DNA from: a virus
Taxonomy: Duplodnaviria > Caudoviricetes
Virus record (IMG/VR): IMGVR_UViG_2508501111_000003
Coordinates: 1-64,000 of that record
DNA: 64,000 nt
Strand: one strand, 5' to 3'
The notes beneath the pieces were generated by a model. It was not told where the DNA came from, did not search any database, and was given only the letters and a program-made list of their open reading frames with translations. Shown here one piece after another: positions 29,988 to 37,832 of the stretch; position 1 is the first letter of the stretch; every line of letters begins with the position of its first letter. Both the position numbers and the translations under genes were made by a program.

Positions 29988-30206
29988 ATGGATCAACTAA
30001 ATAAACACGGTCGTTGGTATTGCAGCACCTGTTGCCATGTGGCCACGACCGTTAGTGACTATAAAGCCCATAAAGCAACCCATGCGATGATTGGCGAACA
30101 GCATGACCCCACGGCCCAACCAGCCAGTTTGATTGAGCTGCCGATCGTGCGCGTCTGGCAACACGCCACCCGTTTAACCGTTGTGAAACAAAAGGGGGCC
30201 GCCTGA
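29988..30206 (+). CDS. Small protein with classical C2H2 zinc finger
   Basis: WY-C-x2-C-x12-H-x3-H: CSTC CHVATTVSDYKA H KAT H. Confidence 0.65.
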   Translation: MDQLNKHGRWYCSTCCHVATTVSDYKAHKATHAMIGEQHDPTAQPASLIELPIVRVWQHATRLTVVKQKGAA

Positions 30207-31063
30207 TGCTTGCTTCCCATAATCGTCAATCGATTAAGTCGTTGATCATTTTCGGTAGCGGCTTGGCCTATGTACTTTCGATCGTGATGATGGAGGTCTT
30301 GGTTGGCTTTGCCCTCGGTGATATCAGCGATTCACTGATCATGCAAGCCTTAGTTGGTATTGGAATTCTAGGAACCTTTCTGAGTGCTTGCTTGATTCCG
30401 TTGGCATTGCACTATTGGCTGGCACCGGGAACACAATTCATTGTAGGGATTCTCTTTTGGTTGATAGATGTGGTCGTTTTGGCGATTAATGCCACCACCA
30501 GCTACCAACTAATTAAGCAGCTTGAATTATCGAGCTTTTTTACGATGTGGCAATTAGCGATTCCCTTTATTGGTCCGGCGATTACGATTATCGGCTGGGG
30601 CTTGGTCTATCTTGCCGATGATGGACAAAAGGATCGTCAGTCAGATCGCTTGCTGGAAACATCAAAACGGGCTTTGATGCGTGAGGCGGAGTATGCGCGG
30701 GTGAGTGCTGAGCATGAGTTTGCCATGAAGCAAATTGCCCAGGTGAAGCAATCGCTAATGATGGCATTACAGGCAAGCGATATTGCCAAGGTTGCCGAGC
30801 AGGGCGCGTATAACAGTGCCTTGACTATTACGCGCCAAATTGTTGGATTGCCGATTGATACCACCATTCCACCATCACGATCAGCCGAGTTGCCACCAGT
30901 GCCACCAGCATTGCAGCCTGTTGTACCACCCATGCCACCACCGCGATCAACCGAATTGCCACCATTACCAGTATCATCGGTTCCCAATCAGCAGCCCATG
31001 CAGAACGAGGATGATCATTGGACATTGCTTTTTGAGCAGCAAGCTAACCACCCAAACCCATAG
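30206..31063 (+). CDS. 4-TM + coiled-coil + Pro-rich protein
   Basis: TM block, helical region, PPSRSAELPP/PPPRSTELPP repeats. Confidence 0.75.
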   Translation: MLASHNRQSIKSLIIFGSGLAYVLSIVMMEVLVGFALGDISDSLIMQALVGIGILGTFLSACLIPLALHYWLAPGTQFIVGILFWLIDVVVLAINATTSYQLIKQLELSSFFTMWQLAIPFIGPAITIIGWGLVYLADDGQKDRQSDRLLETSKRALMREAEYARVSAEHEFAMKQIAQVKQSLMMALQASDIAKVAEQGAYNSALTITRQIVGLPIDTTIPPSRSAELPPVPPALQPVVPPMPPPRSTELPPLPVSSVPNQQPMQNEDDHWTLLFEQQANHPNP

Positions 31064-31503
31064 TGCCAGTGATTGCCGTTGGTGGAAGTACAACACTTCC
31101 ACCAATGCCACCAATGCAGGAACTGGCAGATGTCGTGTCACCATTGGTGGCAATGAGGGTTGATGATGGTGGCAACATCGGATTTCTTGATCTTCCGCTC
31201 TTAATAGATACGTTCAATCCGTTGGATTGGCGTACCGAGGTGAAAGGTAATGGGCAATATTGGCAATGGCGAAAAGGCAGCGGGAGCAACCGTAGCAGTC
31301 GCTACGGTGGAACCTTCGACCAACTCAGTGACGAGCGCAAAGCGGCCTACGAAGCGCACAAACAACGCCGTGCTGCGACAGATCAAACCGGTGAGCCAAC
31401 AGGAAGCGCTGGAGATGTTGCGGAGCGCCTTGGTGTATTTACAGCTGAGCGGAGTGCAAGCGCGGTATCGGACGACCGAGGTGGGCTTACTGCTTCAGCT
31501 TGA
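31063..31503 (+). CDS. Downstream ORF, probable -1 frameshift extension of 30206..31063
   Basis: Pro-rich start, GQYWQWRKGSGSNRSSRYGG motif; no clear SD; slippery CCCAAAC at 31051. Confidence 0.55.
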   Translation: MPVIAVGGSTTLPPMPPMQELADVVSPLVAMRVDDGGNIGFLDLPLLIDTFNPLDWRTEVKGNGQYWQWRKGSGSNRSSRYGGTFDQLSDERKAAYEAHKQRRAATDQTGEPTGSAGDVAERLGVFTAERSASAVSDDRGGLTASA

Positions 31504-31634
31504 TGCGGTCTATCTCGATGGCGTGCGCTTCGCCGTGCGCGATTGCATCTGATAATGCAGCTATACATCTATTTGTATAATCTTAGGCTATCCACTAAAG
31601 TATGTGAGTGAACAGTGTATTTTAAGGAGGATTC

Positions 31635-32093
31635 ATGAAGTCGAATCGTCGGTTTATCTACTTATTGCTTTGTTTGATATGCCTTGGTAGTCTTTCAACG
31701 CCCTCATCATTTGCGAATGATTCAGAGCCTGTTGATGATGATGTCATTGTTGATGACACGCGAGGTTGTCCCGGTACAGGTTATGCGTATGTGGCCATCG
31801 AAGAAAACCAAGGTGGACAGCGTTATTGGAGAACGTCTGATCATTATGCCGATGGATGTATTAAAAACAATCGTATCAAGATCAAGATTACAACAGGCTG
31901 CTTAACCGTTCGGATTCGGCTTCTTGAGCGGTATACGAATCCACCAGTTACGGTTGGCGTATTCGATTATCAAACACGATGTGCTATGCTTAATAAGCCA
32001 TTCCAGTCATTTGGTGATCCTATTTTGCCGGGTACTCGGTATTGGCTGGAAATGTCGTATAAACCCCATGATTTACTGATTGTTCGTGATTAA
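31635..32093 (+). CDS. Secreted Cys-containing protein
   Basis: Signal peptide MKSNRRFIYLLLCLICLGSLSTPSSFA; AAGGAGG SD. Confidence 0.75.
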   Translation: MKSNRRFIYLLLCLICLGSLSTPSSFANDSEPVDDDVIVDDTRGCPGTGYAYVAIEENQGGQRYWRTSDHYADGCIKNNRIKIKITTGCLTVRIRLLERYTNPPVTVGVFDYQTRCAMLNKPFQSFGDPILPGTRYWLEMSYKPHDLLIVRD

Positions 32094-32393
32094 GTGGCAT
32101 TCATAATTCTCTTATGATGGGCTTGCGCTACTCTAGTAGCGCAATTTTATTTTTAGAACGAACTATAACAAGGTTTATGATTGAATAGTCCTTACTACTT
32201 AGGGCGGCCATTTGCTCCATTCCCCTAATAACCGTTCAAACCGTGTTCATTCTGCATTCAGAGCGCATTCCCATCACCCACAAACCGCCAAAAAAAGAAT
32301 AACCCATCAGAATGGCCTAAACTGGCTGTTTGGTCGTGCCGACATTCTTTAACAGGCTGCATAGCCACCGTTTTCATCCTGAGGAGGTTGTTC

Positions 32394-33332
32394 ATGGCAT
32401 TATCGCTCTCCGTTGGCCTCAATCCCATCGAGTTACACATCCTGCTGCTCATTGCTCGCCTTGGGCGCTTGCTGTCTCGCCACCTACGCACGGCGTGGGG
32501 CCATCCGTTTACTGTGACAATTCAGACGGTCAATCGCACGTTGGTCAAGCTCGTCGATGCCAAACTGCTGACCTATTGCGAACACTTTCAATCGCATGGC
32601 TATGACCCGCGTGGTGCGTTAGGCTGGACGCGCCATGGCCGCTTATATAGTCTTACGCCGCTCGGCTGGGAGATCGTCAAACAGGCCTTTCCCATGCTCG
32701 AGGAAGGCAGCGAGCGACTGGCTCCCACGATGGTCAATCCCCAACATCAAGCCGAGCATCAAATTGAATATGCCGAAGTCATCACCAGTTTGATTCAGTC
32801 ATTACCCTACGTGCCTGGCATTGTCGGGATGAGCAGTTATATCGAGATGGACTTAGGCCCAACCGCACGGCCACGCGCCGATGGGATTGTCGTAGTCCGC
32901 CGCTGGGCTGATGCGACGCAACCAGATTGTGAGCGCTCGTCACTCTATCCATGGCTGGGGATTGGTCAACAATCAAAGCAAATTGATCAACTCTATGCCA
33001 TTGAGATTGATCGCGGAACCGAGGAGTTGAGTATTATAACGGGGAAAGCCCACTCGTATGGGGAGTTGTATCGCTCGAAGTATTGGGAAGGGCGGTATAG
33101 TTGGCCGCTGATTGCCTTTACGGTGCCAACCGAACGGCGCAAACGGGCCGTGCTTGATGCGTGGGAAATCGGCTGGCCTGGCAGTCAATTGCTGATTACG
33201 ACGATCGACGCGGTGCGCGAGTCAGGCGTGCTTACACCGATTTGGACAGCCCAGTATACGAAACACGGGGAACGGATTCAGCAGCCGCATCGCTTTTTGC
33301 GGGCTGCATGGTTTGAAAAGATTGTGGCGTAA
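32394..33332 (+). CDS. Replication-relaxation (Replic_Relax-like) protein, copy 2
   Basis: 312 aa, same motifs as 26773..27711. Confidence 0.8.
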   Translation: MALSLSVGLNPIELHILLLIARLGRLLSRHLRTAWGHPFTVTIQTVNRTLVKLVDAKLLTYCEHFQSHGYDPRGALGWTRHGRLYSLTPLGWEIVKQAFPMLEEGSERLAPTMVNPQHQAEHQIEYAEVITSLIQSLPYVPGIVGMSSYIEMDLGPTARPRADGIVVVRRWADATQPDCERSSLYPWLGIGQQSKQIDQLYAIEIDRGTEELSIITGKAHSYGELYRSKYWEGRYSWPLIAFTVPTERRKRAVLDAWEIGWPGSQLLITTIDAVRESGVLTPIWTAQYTKHGERIQQPHRFLRAAWFEKIVA

Positions 33333-33432
33333 GAAATGGGTGGAGAATCGCATTGACTAAACCATGCGATTCATTGATATATCAAGCTGCTATACTGAAG
33401 GACGCACAGCCCACTATGAGCGAGGAAGATCG

Positions 33433-33873
33433 ATGGAACTCCATCAATATCGAAATAGCAAAAATCGCACGATTATTGAAGAATTAACGTTCTCGGTAAA
33501 CACGTCCGAACCAGATGATCCCTATCGAGCCGTCTATATCATGTATCTTGATCTGCTCGCCGATCTGGTGGCCGTCCCCTATCCAACGCCATTATTTGTT
33601 GGAAAGAGCATGACGAACTTAATATTTCGTCGCGAAGCATACCCTGATCAAGAGTCAGTCTGTATTATTGGCTGGCAAGGGTGGTATACAGTTCAAGCAT
33701 GGGCAGAGCCAGCGACTGCGCCATGGCCCGACGCACGAATTATGTATAAAACACGCGATCGCGCCGAAACGATTCGGCATCTGCTTTGGGGACTTGAAGC
33801 TGCACCACTGTGCCAAGATGCTATTCAAGGGAACTATACGCGGTGGAAATCGCTCCAAGCAGGCAATCCCTAA
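33433..33873 (+). CDS. Partner protein copy 2 (11 aa shorter: CAA to TAA)
   Basis: GNP* vs GNPQPSTDAEGGAH* in left copy. Confidence 0.75.
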   Translation: MELHQYRNSKNRTIIEELTFSVNTSEPDDPYRAVYIMYLDLLADLVAVPYPTPLFVGKSMTNLIFRREAYPDQESVCIIGWQGWYTVQAWAEPATAPWPDARIMYKTRDRAETIRHLLWGLEAAPLCQDAIQGNYTRWKSLQAGNP

Positions 33874-34132
33874 CCATCAACCGATGCTGAGGGTGGAGCA
33901 CATTAATAGTCTTCTAATAGCAATAAGCCGTATGTTCTGGTATACTAACGTCAAACCTTCTCCTCTCTCTTCTCTCCCACAAGCGACCCCCAGCGGGTCG
34001 TTTGTGGTTTTAGCAGACCATTGCCAAGAGTTTATCCTTCGCGATGCCTCTGGTTATAAAGTTTATCTCAATAACTACTGCAAACCGCGCTTCACTCCGA
34101 GGCGCGGTTTTGTTTTTAGGAGCAATCAGCCA

Positions 34133-34369
34133 ATGAGCGATATGACCGTTACCGATTTGTTTTGTAGTGCTGGTGGTAGTTCAACGGGCGTAGTCAATGC
34201 TGGGGCTACCGTGCGCATGGCACTCAACCACTGGAAACTGGTAATCGAAACCAATAATATGAACCACCCTGATACCGACCACGACTGCACCGACATTCAG
34301 GCTTGTGATCCGCGTCGCTATCCGCGCACGACAATCTTAATTGCATCTCCGGAATGCGTTAATGAGTAG
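34133..34369 (+). pseudogene. Truncated phage-type C5 methyltransferase
   Basis: DLFCSAGG (motif I), ASPEC (catalytic Cys), then stop; AGGAG SD. Confidence 0.85.
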
Positions 34370-34449
34370 GCCTACTATTGCAATATTACAGAAGCTACGA
34401 CCAATGGCTGAAAATTTTGGTATTGAGTGGTCAGACCAGTTATAGACAA

Positions 34450-35172
34450 TTAATTAGGATAATACTTTATTAAATCTTGCATGTTCGTTATTAATACAAA
34501 TAAATTGGTTGAAAATCCGATAAATTGAAAAACCAAATTTAACCATATTAGTAAGTTTTTTTTGCGCCTTAAGTTCTCTATAATGAGTAAAGGAGCATAA
34601 GCTACAACAGAAAATGTTATAAATATCAAGAAAACTACTGAGGATATAGATTTTTTCGGTATAGTTGTATCTTTTATGTTATTTATTCCAATTATTCGTG
34701 ATGATATATTTATATTTGATTGATTATTTATTAATATCTTAATTGTAATCTTATCCTCTGGGTTTAGTAATACAGGATCTAGTGTGATTCTTTTATTTGT
34801 TACGGATAAGGGTATTGTGAGATTTTCAGGGGAAACATCAACTATATTAGCAGAGAGGATTTGTTCTTGATTATCAATTTCTATAGTAATTGGCATTTCA
34901 TAATCAGATTTTATGATTGGAATATCACCATCATTAGTTATTTCTAAGAGAATGAGCCTTACATCTTCTACGGGAGTACCATCAAATGTAATCTGTATTT
35001 TCTCTTTGGCTTCTTCATTAATACTAACGATTTGACTACTTGATATGATTGCATAACTGAGACTCTTCACGTCTTTATCAATACCACTCCATACTATTGG
35101 AACTACCATACTAAGTGCAGCAAGAATTAATCCGATAGTACCTTGAAGGTTGCTTTGTTTTTCTTCTGTCAT
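34450..35172 (-). CDS. AT-rich membrane protein (N-terminal TM, beta-rich domain, two C-terminal TM)
   Basis: Hydropathy pattern; low GC. Confidence 0.65.
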   Translation of the reverse strand: MTEEKQSNLQGTIGLILAALSMVVPIVWSGIDKDVKSLSYAIISSSQIVSINEEAKEKIQITFDGTPVEDVRLILLEITNDGDIPIIKSDYEMPITIEIDNQEQILSANIVDVSPENLTIPLSVTNKRITLDPVLLNPEDKITIKILINNQSNINISSRIIGINNIKDTTIPKKSISSVVFLIFITFSVVAYAPLLIIENLRRKKNLLIWLNLVFQFIGFSTNLFVLITNMQDLIKYYPN

Positions 35173-35421
35173 TTGGTATCCCCTCTGATTAATTAATTTG
35201 ATTCTGGTGTTTTTTACAATAACTCTCAATAATGACCTATCAAAGAATTGTAAGGATTATAATAGTTTCTCCTTTTGACTTCAAGCAATATACTATAGTA
35301 TACCCAGTCAAAACCTTAAAAAATGGGAATATAGTTATGTAAATCATTCATTGAGGACGGCATCAATACTCTTTATGCAACAGAGCCGCTCTAGTCGATG
35401 ATGACTAGAGCGGCTCTTCAT

Positions 35422-35739
35422 CTAATTACCTGATTCTTCTCGTACTCGTGCAGCGATATAATTAAACTTGGTAACCGCTTCGTAATAAGGCAAGAACGGG
35501 TGAAGTACAGGGTTGAGTTTACTGCCCTGTTTCGGGTTGAATTGAACACACCATGCTTGATTCGCCGGAATATAAAAGGCAAGGAGATCACCATTAAACT
35601 CTAACAATGGTGGGGTTGGCGTTGAAACAAGTTTCAAGTTTTCTTCAAGGTTTGCGATTGCATCATGGATGTTATCGATTGCAATCCTGCCTGCTTGAAT
35701 GTCCACAATGTGTTGCTTGGCGTACTCTTCAAAAGTCAT
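35422..35739 (-). CDS. Hypothetical protein
   Basis: AGGAG SD; ends at 15-bp hairpin AGAGCCGCTCTAGTC/GACTAGAGCGGCTCT. Confidence 0.6.
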   Translation of the reverse strand: MTFEEYAKQHIVDIQAGRIAIDNIHDAIANLEENLKLVSTPTPPLLEFNGDLLAFYIPANQAWCVQFNPKQGSKLNPVLHPFLPYYEAVTKFNYIAARVREESGN

Positions 35740-35870
35740 AACAGCTCCTTTGTTGGATTATGACTATACCAGAGTATCACACAGAATTATAGTGAGCATA
35801 CAATTCAGCTTGACGTGCATGATAGGATAAATCATCGCTTATTGATCCTGCTTCATTAATGGAGGTAGTT

Positions 35871-35987
35871 ATGGGCAACAAGGCTTATGATCGAGCCAGA
35901 GGTTATTCTGATGCCATAAATAACAATACCACCGTTTCTTTCGTTGGATCACGCGAGTATTATGAAGGCTTCAAGGTAGGTATGTAA
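35871..35987 (+). CDS. 38-aa small ORF
   Basis: GGAGG SD; MGNKAYDRARGYSDAINNNTTVSFVGSREYYEGFKVGM. Confidence 0.4.
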   Translation: MGNKAYDRARGYSDAINNNTTVSFVGSREYYEGFKVGM

Positions 35988-36082
35988 GGATAATAGCTTA
36001 AGTTCTACTTCATCATCCTCAGAGTCTTCTCCCTACATAGACATGAGAAGTGAATCATCATATCAATAAAGCGACTCAGGTA

Positions 36083-36239
36083 TAAAGGGGAGCCGTCGAT
36101 CGTACAGACCGCTGCGATCCGGTGGTGGTTAGTCAATGAGCCAACGATCAACGCATCAGAGATCGCCCGGCGGCTGGGCGCGAATAAGAAAAATAGATTG
36201 CGCTGGGTTCGGGAGATTAATGTACAGGAAGAAAAATAA
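36083..36239 (+). pseudogene. C-terminal HTH remnant
   Basis: Startless EPTINASEIARRLGANKKNRLRWVREI. Confidence 0.45.
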
Positions 36240-36844
36240 TGGAAGCTTTTTTACTATCGTTTGGCAAAGAAATTATAGCCCTCGTCTCGATAGCCCTTGG
36301 AATGTCAGCATCATTCTATGGGCAAAGTATCGTAAAAAAAGAGATTGAAATCAAAAAAAATCAAATTCAAGAGGCTGATAAAAAAGCTGAAAAAGATCCA
36401 GAAAAAATAAAACCTTCGTGGGATGCTGCACGCACCCGACTAGAATTATATTTTGATATGAATATTCGACAAGTTAATTTTATTTTCTGGTTGAGTGTTA
36501 CAGTCATGATCCTTGGATTTGGTATTGTCATTTTTGGAATAACCCAAGCTATGACTTCAGAGGCAACTTTACCCGCCATTATTGCCAGCTCCGCTGGAAT
36601 TATTATGGAGATTATTGGCGCTACCTTTATGGTGATGTATAAATCAACGATGGAGCATGCTGGAAGTTATACAAAAACCCTAGAGCGGATGAACTCTGTA
36701 GGGATGGCAATGCAGATCTTGGATACGATGCCCGATGATCCCGATCAGGGAGCACTCAAAAACACGACTAAAACAGAGGTAATTAAAATATTAATGCAAC
36801 AGGCACATACGCCAGAGGAGCAAGCAACGTCGAAACAGCCATAA
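36239..36844 (+). CDS. Membrane protein resembling TRADD-N-associated 2TM domain
   Basis: LYFDMNIRQVNFIFWLSVTVMILGF...SAGIIMEIIGATFMVMY pattern. Confidence 0.55.
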   Translation: MEAFLLSFGKEIIALVSIALGMSASFYGQSIVKKEIEIKKNQIQEADKKAEKDPEKIKPSWDAARTRLELYFDMNIRQVNFIFWLSVTVMILGFGIVIFGITQAMTSEATLPAIIASSAGIIMEIIGATFMVMYKSTMEHAGSYTKTLERMNSVGMAMQILDTMPDDPDQGALKNTTKTEVIKILMQQAHTPEEQATSKQP

Positions 36845-36871
36845 ACCGATGATATAAGCAAGGAGACCTTT

Positions 36872-37390
36872 ATGAGTGACGATAATCAATATAGCGATAT
36901 TCCACATGCGGCCTTACGTTCCTATATTGAACAAAAGGGTTGGGTTCGCAGGTATCCAAATCTAACAGGTGGCAAACCGATAGGGTATGTTTACTTTGAC
37001 GATCGATATATCGATGCAAATATCTTGAAATTTGTCGAGCCTCTTAATCTAGCAAATGCTATCCATTTTGCTCCAAAAGTACCAAAACAAGTTGAACAAT
37101 TCATACCCAATAATCCAATGGGTTCTCTGCGTTTAAATATTCAAAATACCATCTTTTATTTTGTAATACCGAAGCAAGAACTTGAAGATTTATTCAACAA
37201 ATCGGGCATGTCTGTGGCAGAGGTTATTAAATCGCACAATGAAGAAAAAATTAGAGAGATGGGAATTATATATAGTGACCATCAAGGAGTGCTTGATAGT
37301 GCTATTGGTAAGCATGTTGTTATTCCTAAGGGTGGAGGGTTTGTTGATCTAGATGGCTCCGAAATACATCTGCCTACAGTTATTCGCTAA
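36872..37390 (+). CDS. Hypothetical protein (172 aa)
   Basis: AAGGAG SD; ends at bidirectional hairpin 37395-37428. Confidence 0.65.
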   Translation: MSDDNQYSDIPHAALRSYIEQKGWVRRYPNLTGGKPIGYVYFDDRYIDANILKFVEPLNLANAIHFAPKVPKQVEQFIPNNPMGSLRLNIQNTIFYFVIPKQELEDLFNKSGMSVAEVIKSHNEEKIREMGIIYSDHQGVLDSAIGKHVVIPKGGGFVDLDGSEIHLPTVIR

Positions 37391-37394
37391 AACT

Positions 37395-37545
37395 AAAATC
37401 CCAGTCAATAAATATTGGCTGGGATTTTCTTTCACTGAAACTACTTCAAATTTTCGCGCCGTGCCTCATAGCACGCTAACCGTGGGCCACGTGCTTCGGG
37501 TGATACGCGTAACTCACCACTGGCAGCATCATAGCTAGTTACGGC
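37395..37545 (-). pseudogene. Diverged orphan tail-gene 3' end plus terminator
   Basis: I*AVTSYDAASGELRVSPEARGPRL aligns ungapped to TLAETSVNLVTGEVSVTPEAPIKQL (10/25 identical); hairpin AAAATCCCAGTCAATA-AA-TATTGGCTGGGATTTT. Confidence 0.55.
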
Positions 37546-37832
37546 TTATATGACTGGCCATTAGACCTGTTGATTATTGATTATATTATCCGCAGTTTTC
37601 AAAGCATGCTTCTTTGGTTATAAGCCCTTCCAAGAACTCTGTTAATTAGTACTATGGTACGTAGTTATAGAACATATGTGATAGCTATTAGCTGTTAGGA
37701 AATTATTCTTATACTGGAGTATAACATCTGTCGGGGTATAAGGGGAAGAGCTGCATCTATTAATTAACTATCTGTACTTCTATGATAGGTCTCATATTCT
37801 TATAGTTCCACCATACTACATGTGAGGCCGCT

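Larger units (their letters stand above)
32234..34013 (+). repeat. Right arm of 1.78-kb inverted repeat
   Basis: Reverse complement of 26094..27871 with mostly synonymous changes. Confidence 0.92.

Noticed and set aside
33668-34132. N-terminal part of the 233-aa ORF
   Set aside because: Overlaps the partner gene and terminator; only the part from ATG 34133 has an SD and methyltransferase motifs.
28834-34135. GTTTTAG(G)AGC similarity to type II CRISPR repeats or tracrRNA
   Set aside because: Only 7-10 nt match, no regular repeat-spacer period, no cas genes; SD plus T-run explains it.
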